Source: Styela clava
Taxonomy: Eukaryota
Direction of reading: 5' to 3'
Length of the DNA: 64,000 nucleotides
NCBI RefSeq assembly: GCF_964204865.1
Contig: NC_135254.1
Location: 15,562,001 to 15,626,000, forward strand
Shown: piece after piece, positions 24,620 through 39,189 of the stretch
Position numbering within the stretch: the stretch's first letter is position 1
How the letters are laid out: each line of letters begins with the position of its first letter
Position numbers and translations under genes: made by a program
Notes under the pieces: generated by a model
Seen by the model: the letters and a program-made list of their open reading frames with translations, nothing else
The model's database searches: none
Told to the model about the DNA's origin: nothing

Positions 24620-25140
24620 TACAGTACCTACGATCACCCAAAATGGCATCTGCGCTGACAAGTGCTGTTTCAAGTTTTTTGTGACGCCTAGAACTGCCGC
24701 AAAACCATGGCCGCTATGATCAAGCCAACGGCAGCAAATCGAATACCACCAATTTTGCTGCCGTAACCACGGCATGTCGGCCCCTGATGGTGATAAATAT
24801 TGGGTAAGTTGGAACGTTTATCTTATGGATACATTTTGGGTGGATGTAAGAACTGCACCTCTGCGCTGACGATAAAGAACTCACTAATCAGAACAGCAGC
24901 TGTCATATCGGGATCGTTAAAACGACAGAAATACCTTGCCCAATTTTGGATGATCGTCTGCACATCTTGGATGACAGTTCGTATAGCCCCGTTTGAAAGG
25001 ACTTATCGGTATTATGTCAGTGACGTCGTGATGACGTAATTTTGTATAACGCAGACAGGTGGGGGTTCGGATTGACATATGCAATAATTGTTACGTGACG
25101 GCCACTAGAAGTTATTCAGGTAAGAAACTACATCAGACCC
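24620..25140. mobile_element. Partial copy of the 4728-type MITE, interrupted by a nested element at 24660-24860
   Basis: Right TIR ...gaaactacatcagaccc ends at 25140; direct repeat ctgcgctgac at 24650-24659 and 24861-24870 flanks the insert. Confidence 0.75.
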
Positions 25141-26128
25141 CAAAATTGCCCTCCACCCGATAAACCTACCGCACCCCTCCTGGATCGCATACAAATGCAA
25201 TATTGTACTCAGTACCAGTATGGCCTAACAAACACTAGAAGACTAGTGAGGTCTAGCATTCTACCAATGTTCGATGGTAGTTAAGGTGTCCTAAACTTCT
25301 AACAAACACCTGCACAAAATTTTACAAATCCATCACAACAGGGAGCGTTGTCCGCCGTTTTGGGAATATGTTAGTTACAGTACTTTCCATTTTTTTCACG
25401 GTTTCAATAGCAGCATTTCACCATGTTTTTTTTTATCATTTTAACATGTTTTTGTGCTTAAGGGACTTCTTTTGCTAATGTTTTGCTGATACAATCTACA
25501 GAAGTAATCGGAGTCTCTTGTAACGTTAGCGACATCAGACTGCTGACATTATAGCTATAGGGCTAGGCTGTGTGCCTCTGGATGGGATTTACGTTTATCG
25601 CGGGGCATTTTTGTACAAGGCATCCACCACTGATGCAAGATTGTGAAAAACACCCCCGACACGCTATAAAATACCAGATTGGTAATTATCTAGTAGAACA
25701 GTGGTTGGAATCTTTAGAACAGTGGTTCCCAACCTTTTATGACTCATGGCCCCCTTCCGGTGTCTTTTTGCACTCGTGCGAAATAAGTATGTACAACCTT
25801 TTATGGAATGCAAAAACAAACCACAGGCAAGAGAGTCCAAATTTTTTAGTATACAATCAATGGGAATCTTGCACTTGGGACTGTCTGAAGAGGTTGCTTA
25901 TATTAGACACTGTCTTTGATAAAGCTAGACGAGTGTCACTGTCAACATCAAGACGGTTTCTAGATTTTGTTTGATGGTAACAAGATCAGAAACCCGATCT
26001 TGGCCAAGGCTGCTCCTTTATTGTCACAACTCGCTTGGCAGCCAAGAAACCGTCAACGTCTTTCGCCTGGGGATGATTTTTGTCACGGTAGGTTTGAACT
26101 TTAGATGGACTTAATGATTCATTGCTTA

Positions 26129-26360
26129 TTGGACACGTAGTGGACATAACGATCGTTTCAATATTATGTTGTTGTTCTTGTTCTTTGACACGTTTTTAAA
26201 AAGTCGCTTTTCTCTTCGAATACTGGACCAATTGCTTTGAAATTTTCAGTGGTTAAAGATAAAAATTTTCTCCAGAAGGCTATTACTTTTTTTTTCGCTA
26301 TGACGTCATCAAAATTATGTGACTCTACGTGTCCATATATTTGAGCATAGCTCTCGTGTT
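26129..26360 (+). mobile_element. HINE family A, complete copy
   Basis: Perfect subterminal inverted repeats tggacacgtag (26130-26140) / ctacgtgtcca (26325-26335), hairpin gagcatagctc (26343-26353), T-rich ends, no TSD. Confidence 0.8.
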
Positions 26361-26373
26361 ACGTACGAGCAAT

Positions 26374-26861
26374 GGACCTTTCCCCGGGCATGGACTTCCT
26401 TGTTTACTTCGTGACATTGGCCAATCAGCAAGATGCAAAAAGTGACGTAACAATGCCCCCTTTTCGCTTCCGCTCTGACACTTTTCTCACTCAGACAGAT
26501 TTTCAAGCGTGATTGTAAACATTACCTCGTTTTCGCGTTTTTGAACTCTATTCGTTAGTTTTCAGTTGTGTTTTGGGAACTTAAATAAAAATCAGATAAT
26601 TCAATGATCACTCTGTCTTTCTAGGAGTTTTAATTTAATTGCAGTCATAAAAATTAGGCTGTGATAGACTAGCCTGAAATTCTTTACCGGTACTTTTAAA
26701 AAACAGATTGTTGTATGCGATGAATCATAATGATGGTTTGAAACACATACCCCATTTTACAGACGCCAACTCGCAAAAGCACTCTTAAAATAGCCTTGAC
26801 AATTTTGCAATGGTAAAGTATAGGGAGAATTTTCCGAGGGTCAAAGGTCGGGGAAAGGTCC
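26374..26861. mobile_element. MITE, possibly PIF/ISL2EU-like
   Basis: TIR ggacctttcccc / ggggaaaggtcc flanked by AT on both sides. Confidence 0.7.
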
Positions 26862-27043
26862 ATGCAGGCACTGGGCACATTCTTTGTCATCTCGACTTAT
26901 TTTGGTAAAGCCAACGTAACTCTCGGTCTTTTTTTGTATTTTAGGCATCAGGAATTTACAAATCGATTTTTGCGTATATGATGCGATAGTGAAGGTTATC
27001 TCGTAGTCTAGTCCTAGAGAAACCCACCGTTCGTAGGTTAGAC

Positions 27044-27564
27044 CAGTGCTGTTCAACCGGGTATACGGTATACCCAAGTGTATACCAGACCATAAGTTGG
27101 GTATACAACTGATAAAGGGTATACGAAAGGTGTACAACCTAACTCAGGAAATCTAAACTCTAATATATATATAATAAAATATTCAATTGGAGACAACAAT
27201 GCAAACGCGGCGCACATGAAATATAAAATGTTATTAACGCTAAGAACCGAAGTGAGCACGTTGTTACATCACAAATTATATAGATAATACGGTTATGTGT
27301 CTGGGTTGGTGATTTCGGCTGCCATGCACTTTGTTTGATTTACGTCGAACATTATTCCCGTCGACGCTAAGGCAGTCAGTCAAATTTATAACTTGCGGTC
27401 ACTAGCCTATTAGATTGCATGATGATATTGCAGTACAATATGTGCTTAAAATTTATTGTTTATTTGAGCCCTAAATAAACATTGGTATTTGTAAGGTAAT
27501 GGTATACAAAGTTCCTGAAAAACTGTAAAAGGTATACTTCGATAAAAAAGGTTGAAGAACACTG
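27044..27564. mobile_element. hAT MITE
   Basis: TIR cagtgctgttcaacc / ggttgaagaacactg; TSD ggttagac at 27036-27043 and 27565-27572. Confidence 0.9.
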
Positions 27565-28025
27565 GGTTAGACGGCCTACCAGCGATATATTTTGATTTGT
27601 AGATTCCAAAATCAATTATGAACAAACAATTCACGCATAATAAAGTAAATACACCCTGTGATCGCAAATAACATATTCAGATTCTGAGAATGCGGTGAAG
27701 GCCTGGACGGGGAATTATATTTTTAAAGGAAAGTATGCAAACGAAGCCTCTTTATGAACAATTTTAAACTTGTGTCGTGGCCCCCCTTGATCTTCTTCGT
27801 AGGCTAAACTAGATGGGATTTGGAGGAGGTCTGAGTTGGTAGCAGTGTCGGCTCTTGAATCTCGAGGTTGGTGCACACAATAATCCCCCCCTCTTATAAG
27901 GGGTTAACACCTCCCCTAAAAATTTAACCCCCCCCCTCCTTTTGAGGTGCGATTCCACACTGTAATTCCTAACTCAAGTATAATTGTATTTAAATATAAC
28001 GACCATGGCATATTCATCAGTGTAG

Positions 28026-28577
28026 ATGAGGGGTTCCAAACCGCAGTCTGCGGGCCAATTACGGCCCGCGTAACGATTTGAAAAGTGAAATAGTTTTCAA
28101 GTGGTACCATTGATACCTTAAATGTTAAGTCATCAATGGTGGTACCTATTGAGTTTTAGATACCGTCTATCGTTACATCATTATCACAGTTTAAGCACGT
28201 TTATTTCGTAACAATTGAATTATACCGGGATCTTATGTATACGTACGGGTATTAGGATTACACACTGCAGTATTTTAGATATCAGCCGTATATTAAGAAA
28301 GCTCAAAGATGTCACAAAACAAAAACTAGGTACTGAAAATAGACGTTTTCTAGATGAATGGCAGCGTTTTTATTTTCTCATTGAAAAGAATCAAACTTCA
28401 GCGATTTGTCTTCCTTGCCAACAAAATATTTCAGTTCTGAAGGAATACAACATTATGCGCCATTATGATCAGTTGACGCGCGTATTTCGGCATTTAATTA
28501 ATTGCTTAATTCATACAAAAGTCAAACAAACATGTTCAAAAAAATGGGAAATGTGTAACAAAACAAGCCATAAGTAG
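28026..28577 (+). mobile_element. Decayed hAT (Charlie/SPIN/GTF2IRD2-like) 5' end with transposase N-terminal fragment
   Basis: ENRRFLDEWQRFYFLIEKNQTSAICLPCQQNISVLKEYNIMRHY resembles the SPIN/Buster zinc-binding N-terminus; gggcc/ggccc subterminal motifs. Confidence 0.78.
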
Positions 28578-28909
28578 CCATCGTACATCGCCATAAGTAC
28601 ATCGCTTCTTAAATCCATACCATTTTTTTAAGAATAGAAGTAGTTTTATTTTACTACCCCCTAAATTTCGAAACACCCCCCCCCCTCCATAAAATGAAAA
28701 GCTGGGGAACATAAGCCGTACACACGTGGCCATGAGCTTATACTGAATGATACCGATGTTATATAATATAGCGATGCTGTAAGTATGTTTCACCAGAAAT
28801 TACTAAAAAGAGTTTTAAGCGTTTTCATATTCAGCACATTACTAGAATGAGTGGTTTATTAATTAACCAAAACCAATAATATACTAGTTTTCTTTATCTG
28901 ACGCGTGGG

Positions 28910-30327
28910 TGAAATGTCTATTCAAGGAAGTAAAGCTAAAAATAAGAAAACTGATTTTAAAGTGGAATGGCTACATACAACAGTGAGGTGTTTGACACTA
29001 ATTTGCAATCGTGGATACCGGTATGCATAAGCTAAAAATAACTGCTAAACTTTACAAAATTTTTTGCTATTTCACGCCAAGGAATGTGATAATCCACAAA
29101 GTTTGTCGGGAAGTGTCACCTGATAGTGATATGAAAATCATGGGTGGGAATAAGAAGTTGACTATCTAAAACGCCATTTAAAAAAATAATATAAGCACGT
29201 TGACGCACTAGATCAGGGGTCGGCAACCTACGGCCCGCGGGCCGGATCCGGCCCACGGAGCACTATAATCCGGCCCGCGACGCTTCACTAAATTATAGTA
29301 ACAAAACATCCGTTTTGACGAATATATTCTTTAGAATAAATTATATTATAGCCTAACAACTATATATTTCACAATCACTCGTTTAATGAGCATATAATTT
29401 AAATATAATTAAGCAAATGGCAACAAAACGCCGTAAAGTTGATGCTAAGAGCAAAGGGTTCAATGGCGCTGAAAATATTCAAATGAAATTTTATGAGATG
29501 CAATGAGGAAATAAATCTATATTCCATTCGAGAGATGTATCACTGCTTGATTTTTATTATAAAAAGTACCATCCGTTCGGTTTTTCAACTTTCTAAAAAA
29601 TATGTGCGGCCCGTCAATGACTTGCAACCTTAATTTTGGCCCGCGAGCGACAAAAGGTTGCCGACCTCTGCACTAGATGCATCAGAAGCGAAACGTGGAA
29701 GCAAGAGGATGTTGTTCGAATTTTTTCACCGCAATTCCAACCGCTGAAGAGAGTGAAATATTAAAAAAAACCTCAAGTGAAATAAAGACTCACATAGTTA
29801 GTGTCCACCACGTGTTAAGCTGAATTCGTCAATATTGTCCCGCAAATTTTAATAAATAGTCGCAAATTAATAATATGTCAAAATACACTAAATTGCCACA
29901 TTCATGGTGAAGCAAAAATTACGGCTTCGAATTTTTGATAAGCATAGACTTTGTCGCCAGGGAAGAAATCATGCGGAGCATAAGACAAGCAAAATTTCAT
30001 ACGCTGAGTGTTGATGAAAGCAATGATATTTCAACAACAAATATGTCTATCTAGATTGTACATTAAGTATTGCACTTTGGATGATTGTCGCTTGATTCAG
30101 CAATAAACACAACAAACATGGACAAAGTGTATAAACGTTGGAAAGGCACGAAAACAATGAGAAGCTACTTGAGTTAAACGTGGGCTTTGTTCGCATTCCG
30201 ATAATATACTACTATTACTACATTTCACAAAGTTTGAAATAATTTAGGATTCTGCTCAGCCTTAAAATAGTTTTGCTCAGTAAAAACAACATTTGCGCAG
30301 TGTGAAATTTTCTTAGAGGGAACACTG
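28910..30327 (+). mobile_element. Decayed hAT transposase relic ending in the same TIR as 5785-6048
   Basis: Fragment TLSVDESNDIST at ~30001 (hAT first catalytic Asp region); terminal tagagggaacactg at 30314-30327; left boundary approximate. Confidence 0.6.
29214..29670. mobile_element. Young hAT (Charlie-like) MITE nested in the older relic
   Basis: TIR caggggtcggcaacc / ggttgccgacctctg; TSD cactagat at 29206-29213 and 29671-29678; retains MATKRRKVD transposase start. Confidence 0.92.
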
Positions 30328-30840
30328 CCAGCAACTCTCTCGCTCATAAACCTGCAAATGCAAGGTAATCAGTAGTGACATTAGCGAGCTAATCCCTAAC
30401 GATGCACCACACCGCGTTTTTATTTATACATATATATATATTGAATACGTATTTGAACATATTAAAACATTTAGAATTGACATTATCCCAAATATATTCA
30501 GGAACACGAGCTTCGTAGACATCGACAATCGCATTTCGTACACCTTCGCTAAAATAGACTGAGCTAAAATAGCGGCCACGCCAACCGTGAATAGACAGTT
30601 TTGTGTGCTAATAGCAAATCGCGTCTGTCGCCTTGGATTGGTCGTGTCGTCACGCTGACCACGTAGTGTAGTGTACATAGTGTAGTAGTAATGTCTAACT
30701 ATTTATACCTACATAGATGATATTGCATTTGTTCATAAAGTCAGAATTTTCACAATTATCGATATTTTTATTGCATATTTTTTGCAACGAATTATAAAAA
30801 TTCAAAAAGTAGAATACTTGATGACATGCTCGATGTTTAT

Positions 30841-33800
30841 TTAATCTACATTTCTTTGGGATAGTTTTATATTTATACCATTGCGTGATCTTAATATGAT
30901 ATCGCCCATCAAACGCAATTCTTTAGTCTTGTCACAAGATGTAACTGCATACTTTCGTAGTAAATGAGCCAATACGACTTTTTCTTCCATCAATGCAAAC
31001 CTTTGACCTATGCAATTTCGGGGTCCTGCTGAAAACGGCAAATATGAGTAGGGATGTCGTCCGACGCTGTTTTCAGAACTGAATCGGTCAGGCTCGAAAC
31101 TGAAATAGAAGCAGTTATTCAAAAATACAAAATGAGCTTTTAAAATCAGAGCTGAAAGAATTATCATTTCGTGAATGAATGACTTGAGCCCGAGACTTAA
31201 CACGTCATACACTCGTACTAATTCACAAATCAAACGACCAATTTCATATTAAGTTCCTTATCCGAAGCAAGCGCATTAGGCATCGTAAAACTAAATATTA
31301 CCTCTCGGGATCGGTCCAATAGTTAGGATTCTTATTTACTGCTTGTGTGAACAAGACGCAGTCAGTTCCAGCTGGTATCAAATGTCCATCCATCCTGAAA
31401 TATTGCATTCATAGGATTTATAGTTTGAGACAAAACATGTAAGATAACGACATAGCTATACCGAGCGCGATATCAATGATGATAAAGTTGGTAGGTTGGG
31501 CAGGGCACAAGCTTGAATTTGGAAAAGTCTTCTTATGATGATACACAACCTAAATTTGTTTCGCAGAATTCTACATGAACATTTTTGAAAAAAGGGCCAT
31601 ACCGGTCACACCTACGATTGAACAAATTTCTCTGGGAACTGTCTGTTAACAAAATATTGCTAAAAATAACAGTAGATTGGTCGAAATGAACTTTTAGAAT
31701 TCCATCCATTTTAATATATTATAATAAAGAATTATATCCATTTATGGGTTTGCCCTTGAATTTTCTAGTTTCCTGAAAAAATACCTTTAAAAAGTCGGAA
31801 TTCCCAAATGCCGTACCGTTGGTGATGAACTAGTTTAAGCGTAAAAAATAAATCAATATATCTCAGCCAGACGTTGAATAAAAATTTATAGAGATAATTT
31901 ATCATAAAAACTGGAATATAGGTATCATAGGAATCACTAGCAGGTCATTTCGGCCCATCACTAATTCCAATGTGACCAAAAAATTGAGTTCTGGCTTGTC
32001 TGATTGTGATCATAATTAATAAATAGGGATCATGGACGATCTTACTCGCAATCTTTGCTCGTTATACGTCCAATGATAGGAACAGATGGTAGGATGCGAA
32101 GGCTTTCTTTTACTACCATTTCCAGGTATTCAAGCTTTTTTAGATTTTCCATTGTTATGTACGCAGAATCGGTTTCATTTAATACCCTGTCGAGTTCGTC
32201 ATAAATTTTAGCTTGAACATCCGGATGGGCGCCAATCAAATGCAGAGCCCATGCTAAAGCTGCTGCTGTGGTATCGTGTCCTTGGTAAAAGAAAATATTT
32301 GTTTTTAACTGAGCACAATTCTTATTTTGTTGACGGTTTGCAAACATACTGATTGTACTTCTTTGGCTAATATGAAATCGATTATATATATTGTCGAGTA
32401 TGAGCCAACGACGAGGTGTGGCACAGCATAAATGGATCGTCTTCGACTACACATTAGCTATATATAGCGATGATGTGCTCATTAACTGTTTTATTGCAAT
32501 ATACGCCTACCTTGTCTCTATCGAAACCCTCGTTGTGGGCGGTGCCGTGTGTTGGACCAATTGAAATAAAAGTTTAAAGTTTTTCAAGCCGGCATATTTG
32601 TTAATTACAATAGACTTTACATTAGACTATATACAGTAATATGTTGCGCATACCTTCAAACATAAAAGTATCTACTTCTTCTCGAATATCATCAAATGAA
32701 AGCACCTTTCCATCGTCTGCAACACTGAGAAGCATGTCAAGGAATGCCAAACGTTTGGGCTTCTTTTCCCCTGATTCACTCGCCGAAAATGTTTCCATTT
32801 TTTCTTTGATAACTGATTTCGTAAAACCGTGCAATATGCCAAGACATTTGTAATATTCTTTACCATACTTAGTGTGACGAAAAACCAAATCCGACCAAAT
32901 CCAAGGCGACTTTTGACGTTCTTGTATGATGCTAGATGTTCTAAAAATCATCATCAATAATATATATGATGAAAGCCAATGTAAAATACATATATGTTAT
33001 GAAGAAACATATATATGAACAAGATATATCGGTACTTTCGTAGTGTGTGAACCAAGATGGCGGACACCGGAACGTAGTTTGAGTACCAGGTTAAGGTTAG
33101 GCCATAATTTCAGGTGCTGATACTACGGGAGTCACTTGGCTAGTCCCCGAACTCGTAATAATACTAAAATAAGGAAAATTGGAATAAAATTATGGCCTAA
33201 ACCTGACCTGGTACACGCACTACGTTCCGGTGTCCGCCATCTTGGTTCACATACCCCGGGAGTACGGATATTTCTTATCATCATAACATATTTTTCAAAC
33301 TCTGGTCACAATATATATACTTAGATGCCAATTGGACCAAATTAACATGGCACTATATAGACGTATATATATATATATAATATTGTTTTGTTCTGTTATG
33401 GCATTAGCGAACGTTAGAAACTTGTGAATGTGAAAGTATTCTATAAAAAACTGAACTATGCCATATTACATTACAAAATTTTAAACGAAAGACCTAAACG
33501 TTGAAGTTCAATTAAATAGTCTTTTACCAAGCAAATTTGATTATGATTTTCTTCTACCTATAGATGGCGTTAACGTATTCTGAGTCTTCAGAATCTTGTG
33601 CGTTGATAGATTTCCCCATCGCAGTCTCACAAATGATATCAAGTGTGCAGAGTGTTATAGGTGTACAGACGTTGAATGTTTCTCCGGTTTTCGCAAATTT
33701 CTCAAGGTTAGTGGAAAAAACTTTTGCCTGTTCGTTCATCACCGCAAGGAAGTCGTTGAGAATACTGAATAAAACAAAAAATTGTTAAGCGAGTCGAGTC

Positions 33801-34406
33801 TGGCAAGTTTATTTCAAAGCGACTGCATGGGTCGCGCAAAAAGTAGCCTAGCAAATAATTTGAGCAACATAGGCGCATACAGGTAGATAGTATATTATTA
33901 TATATACCAGTATATCTCTGAAATATGGATAAAGATATTTGCAACTTACTCGGTACTATGAATTTATACCTGAAATGGAAAGTTGGTGTCAATAATCGTC
34001 GTCTAGTCTTCCATTTTTCTCCACTAGCTGTCAGCAGGCCAGTGCCAAGCCAAGAATGCAGGAAGTCGTAGAAGAATGACTTTTTGATGTGATTGGTACT
34101 ATGGAGTAACGTTTCCGCGCTTTTTGGTCCAAGTATAACAATTACAGGTTTCATTCCCATCCAACCTATTCCTACTTCGTCTTCTTGGTTTGGTCTATCT
34201 TTAATCATTTTCATTAGAAACTCATACATTTCATCAGGATCACCTCTCAGTTGCAATGCATGACCAATAATTGGATAAGCCTTCAGTAGTGGCGATGGGA
34301 TGTTTTTGAAAGCGTTCAATTTTTGCACGTAATCTTTGAAGAATGCAAACAGTTTGACGAGTACAACAGCTATAACAAGGCTTACTGTCAGAAAAGCGGC
34401 CTCCAT
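30841..34406 (-). CDS. Cytochrome P450, CYP4 clan (CYP4V-like), gene A, 6 exons, ~505 aa
   Basis: Exons 34406-33970, 33764-33558, 32940-32654, 32280-32046, 31394-31302, 31099-30841 (1518 nt). Motifs [49 protein letters not shown]. Confidence 0.93.
33030..33265. mobile_element. Palindromic MITE in CYP gene A intron 2
   Basis: gtgaaccaagatggcggacaccggaacgtag ... ctacgttccggtgtccgccatcttggttcac; second copy at 47480-47686. Confidence 0.85.
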
Positions 34407-35316
34407 TTTTACAATGCTAGAAGATATTTATATATATATCTATAGTAGAAGTTATAAATGGTTAAATATAACGAAACCTATTACCTAAGCTTTGTGATTG
34501 ACTATATATTAATAGTAGGTTCGGTCACATACAAAATTGATTCGAACATAATACCTCAGAAGAACGCACCGCATTTTCCAGCACCTTATACTAATGGAGC
34601 GATCAACTTTTCTGTCAAACTTCGTACACTATTTGATATTAATCCAATGTTCGATTTTATTACACTCTTCCGTAATCATATATATCAACATACTTTCTAG
34701 AATTAATCTAGATCATAAATAATAGCCTAACAATCTCAGCCTTAACTTTAACACATTTATACTATAGCTGCCCTTGTTCTCAGCTCGAATAGTATATTCA
34801 TATTGTTATGAGCTATACCTTCCCGAAAATACCCAAAACCTTCTCGCACACTGCTATATCAATGCATTAATATTTTAAGATATGCTTGTTGAACTTTGGA
34901 CCGTATTGTTTCAGGGCTCAAAATATACCGAAATTTTTCTTCGGTCTATCATGCCAGAAGGTCGTATTATTATTACCTGTATTTGCCATGATTTCGAGTC
35001 GCATAGTCCGGCCTCAACAGGTATTTGCTGAAGTTTGTTACTAACATTACAACTAGAGCGTTTCTTCTAACGAAACGCTTTTGCTACTAATACGCAGTTA
35101 CCAATTCTGTGTCGATAATAACACATCGAATGAAATAACATTTTGATTTGTCCATTTATTATTTATTGAATAACACAAAATTCGTCGCACTAACAAAGTT
35201 TTGTTCCACTAATTTTTCGATATGTTTTCATTGGTTCTGTTTATTTATAATTAGGTTAGACTAAGTCAAAAGTGATAAATCATCTAATTGGTCTCATAAT
35301 TTGGCATTCATTTTTA

Positions 35317-35666
35317 CCGTATTTCCCGTAAAATAAGACAGGGTTTTATTTCAATTTTCTTTCGAAAAAAAGCGCTAAGGAATATTTCGAGGAGATGTTT
35401 TTTATTTTCATTTATCGTAAACAAAACTACAAAGTAGAAAATTACGAGGTTTTCAAATATACAAAATATGAAAACCGATATCCATTTACTTATAAATAAC
35501 AAGTTTTTATTTCAAAAACGGGTTAACATAGATTATCAATAATTTAGAAGGTATAGGAGAGCTTTTTTTCTACTCGCTTTTAAGGGGAGGATTTATATTA
35601 CAATCATTTTTAAAATTTAGTATAGGTCCTATTTTCAGGCTAGGTCTTATTTTCGAAGAAACACGG
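35317..35666. mobile_element. Tc2/pogo-like MITE with CCG...CGG termini
   Basis: ta-ccgtatttcccgtaaaataagac ... gtcttattttcgaagaaacacgg. Confidence 0.75.
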
Positions 35667-35885
35667 TGAGAAGGTATAAACGAAATAAAGTTCGACACAG
35701 CAACGACGTTGATGGCCGTATGTATGTGTTCTGTTTTTTAACCTTTGGGCTAGGCTAGGGTATTGCATGGATTTGACCAGTGTGCTTGTATTTGAACATT
35801 TTTATCTATGGCATTTATAATTACCAAAAAATCACAGTTATAGCATTTCATTCATAAACTTGATAACTAAACAATCAAAATATTG

Positions 35886-38800
35886 TCACATTTCAACACT
35901 TCTTCTTTTTATTTTTATATTTATCCCATTTCTTGATCTGAGTATGACGTCACCCATGAGTTTTATATCTTCAATTCTATCGCATGATTCAACGGAATAT
36001 TTTTGCAAGAAATGAGCAAGAATTACTTTTTCTTCCATCGTTGCGAACTTTTGTCCGATGCAGTTTCGAGGACCGGCAGAAAACGGTACGTATGCATATG
36101 GATGTCTTCCTACGCTATTCTCAACGGTGAAGCGTTCTGGATCGAATCTGAACAAAAACTAATTTGTCTGCTTTCGGGGGTTACCCACAAAAATGCAAAA
36201 TATATTGAAATACATTTTGTAAAAATCTATCCTCAGGGGTCGAAAACTAAAATATAATATAAAAGTGCGCATGCCGTTTTTTCAGTTTGGTTTGAATAAT
36301 TATGACGCTTGAAAAGATTTCTGGAAATTTATTGCATATATATTGCAAAATGCAAGCTCGCTTAATGACAAAAAGTACTTAGAAAATATTTATACATACG
36401 GAAATACAATACCATAATATACCATTCTTTAGCCTAGTCAGTGCCTGTTGATATAAAATTATTACCGATTTTCCAAGAAAACTGTTCGGAAAACTCAGAT
36501 ATATAAATGTACATATGATTTTCTAGAAAATCAATAGAAGTGAATAAAATAGTATTTCTATTCACCTCAGAGGTTCTGTCCAATATCTTGGATTATTGTT
36601 GACAGCATGTAAAAATATAAGACACTCTGTTCTTTCTGGAATGAAATGCCCATCCACCCTGTGAAGAGAAGAAACAATCTCAAACACATTTCTACAGAAG
36701 AAGCCATTCATATTCGTGAATGCATTTATACATAGCTGTTAGAAATACTGTTAACAAGCACCATTATATATAAATAAAAATAATAATTATATTTGTGTGC
36801 TCTTCTTTTTTTCTAGAATTGGTAATAATAATACCGACATTGGGGATTATGTCTTACGTGCAATCTCGAGTGGTGACTCGTCCGATCATCGGTACCGATG
36901 GCAACAACCGTAGAGCTTCTTTTACTACGAGATCCAAATACTTCAGATTTGCTAAATCGTTCATGGTTACATCTATATCGAGTTTCCCGTAAAAAACTTC
37001 GTCTAATTCTGCATGTATTTTCCTTTGGATTTTTGGATGAAGTCCGATTAAATAAATTGCCCAACTTAATGCAGCTGCAGTAGTGTCATGTCCTTCGAGA
37101 TAAAATGGATACTCAATAAATTAGGTAGAAGTTACCTTATGTAAAAATGAACAAAGAATGAAAACCATAATATATATATTACAAATAACTGGAGGTAAAA
37201 TTTGAAACTCATATAAGCAGAAATAGCAATGAAGAATTATCATGATTTCAAACAAGAACAGAGTACAATTTTCTGCGCTATATTTGTCAAACGCCGCTAC
37301 TACCACTTTAGATATAGTCTCCCAAAATCTTGTCGTCGAGACTGTGAACTGCGTTGGTGTATGATTAAAGGGTGAGCATTATTCTACACCACGATGGTGA
37401 CCTTTTTGGGTCACATTTTGCCTTGAATAATCCCCTTACCTTCAAACATGAAAGTATCCGTTTCTTCCTGAATATCTTTGAATGACAGTGGTGTACCGTC
37501 GTCTGATGCAGTCATGAGAGTATCTAAGAAAGCTAAGCGTTTCTTTTTCTCAAACGTTCCACCAAAATTATCTTTCCTATCTTGAATAACTGATCGTGTA
37601 AACTCATGAACAATACTCAGGCATTTTTCATATTCTTTTCCATCGGCAGTATGGCGATAAATGAAATTGGGCCAGAGCCACGGAGATTTCCCACGATCGA
37701 GTATGAATTCGGTACATCTGCAACAAGTTTATATTAAAATTACTTGATACAGTACTATCTGGAAAATACCAACGGAGTTGATAATTTGTTATGCTCATAG
37801 AGCCAAAAATGTACATATACAGCCAAGTATGCATATACAGCCTGTGACATGCATAAACAACCAACCTAATGTGCTCAGCCATTCAGGTAATGTATATACA
37901 CAGCCAATCGCTTTTATATGCATGTGCTTCCGCGTGTTTGATGTCTAAGCGTTGGATTTTGTGTAAGTTGGCGGAGTTGCATGGAAAAATAAAATTGCAA
38001 CTGGTCCTTTTATCGCAATTAGCACACAATAATTACTTGTATATTGCTTTCACATATTCCGAGTTCTCATTATCCTGTGCGTTGATCGACTTTCCCATTG
38101 CTGTTTCACATATTATGTCCAGCGTGCATAAAGTTACCGGTTTCCAAACGTCAAAAGATTTTTCCGTATTCGAATATGGACTCAATTTCTCCATAAACAC
38201 TTTTGCCTGTTCATTCATTACCTCGAGAAAATCTTTCAAAATGCTGAAAAATGAAGATTTACTATCAAGTTGTATAATATTTTGACTTGTGAAGTTTTTG
38301 CAAAATTATTCTGAATTCCATTGAACAATCACAACTGCTGGGATAACCCGGAGTACGAGTGTCTATTATACGCAATAAGATTAAGGCCGAGCGTGGCATA
38401 TTATGATGAATAAATGATAAAATGATTTACGCCGAAACTATCTTTATTCAAGTGATAGAATAGTATTTTTGAGATATTTACACTTGCTGAAAATTTCCGA
38501 CGGGTTTATTTAGAAAGCTCTAAGGTTCTATGCAATGATTTCATAAAAATTTGACTGATTTTTGAGTTTTCGATTTAAATTTTGGGCATTTGAAGTAAAA
38601 TATAATTTATTACAATCTGTGCATTCAATATATATTGCGTATATCCATCTTCACGAATATGCGTTTAAATTTTTACAAATTGCACCCAGACGGCAAATTT
38701 TTCTTTGAAAAAATTTATCAGCTATCAGCTAGCTATACGGTATGCAGACCTAAAATGAAACGTCGGTGTCAATAATCTTCTTCTTGACTTCCATTTTTCT

Positions 38801-39189
38801 CCAGATGAAGTCAAAAGACCAGTTCCCAACCACGAATGAAGAAAATCATAAAAGAATGTTTTTTCGGTGTGATCAGAGGAATGAAGGATGCTTTCAGCGG
38901 CTTTTGCTCCACCGACAATAAGAACTGGAACTGTTCCGACCCAAGCCAGTCCGACATCACTTGTTTCAGGTGCAGGACTTTCAATCATTAGTTTAAGTAC
39001 GTTTTCGTAGTACTTGTCAGGTGTTCCAGTCAAAATCAAAGCATGTCCCAAGAACGGGATCGCCCTGACTCCCGGGCCTGGCAGTCCCTTGAAGATGTCC
39101 CATTTACGTTTATATTCTTTAAGAAAAAATAGTAGCTTAATTCCTGCCCAAACCGCCGCTAAAGATATGATTGTGAACAAAACTTCCAT
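35886..39189 (-). CDS. Cytochrome P450, CYP4 clan, gene B, 6 exons, ~504 aa
   Basis: Exons 39189-38750, 38243-38037, 37717-37440, 37092-36858, 36658-36566, 36147-35886 (1515 nt). Motifs [35 protein letters not shown]. Confidence 0.93.
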
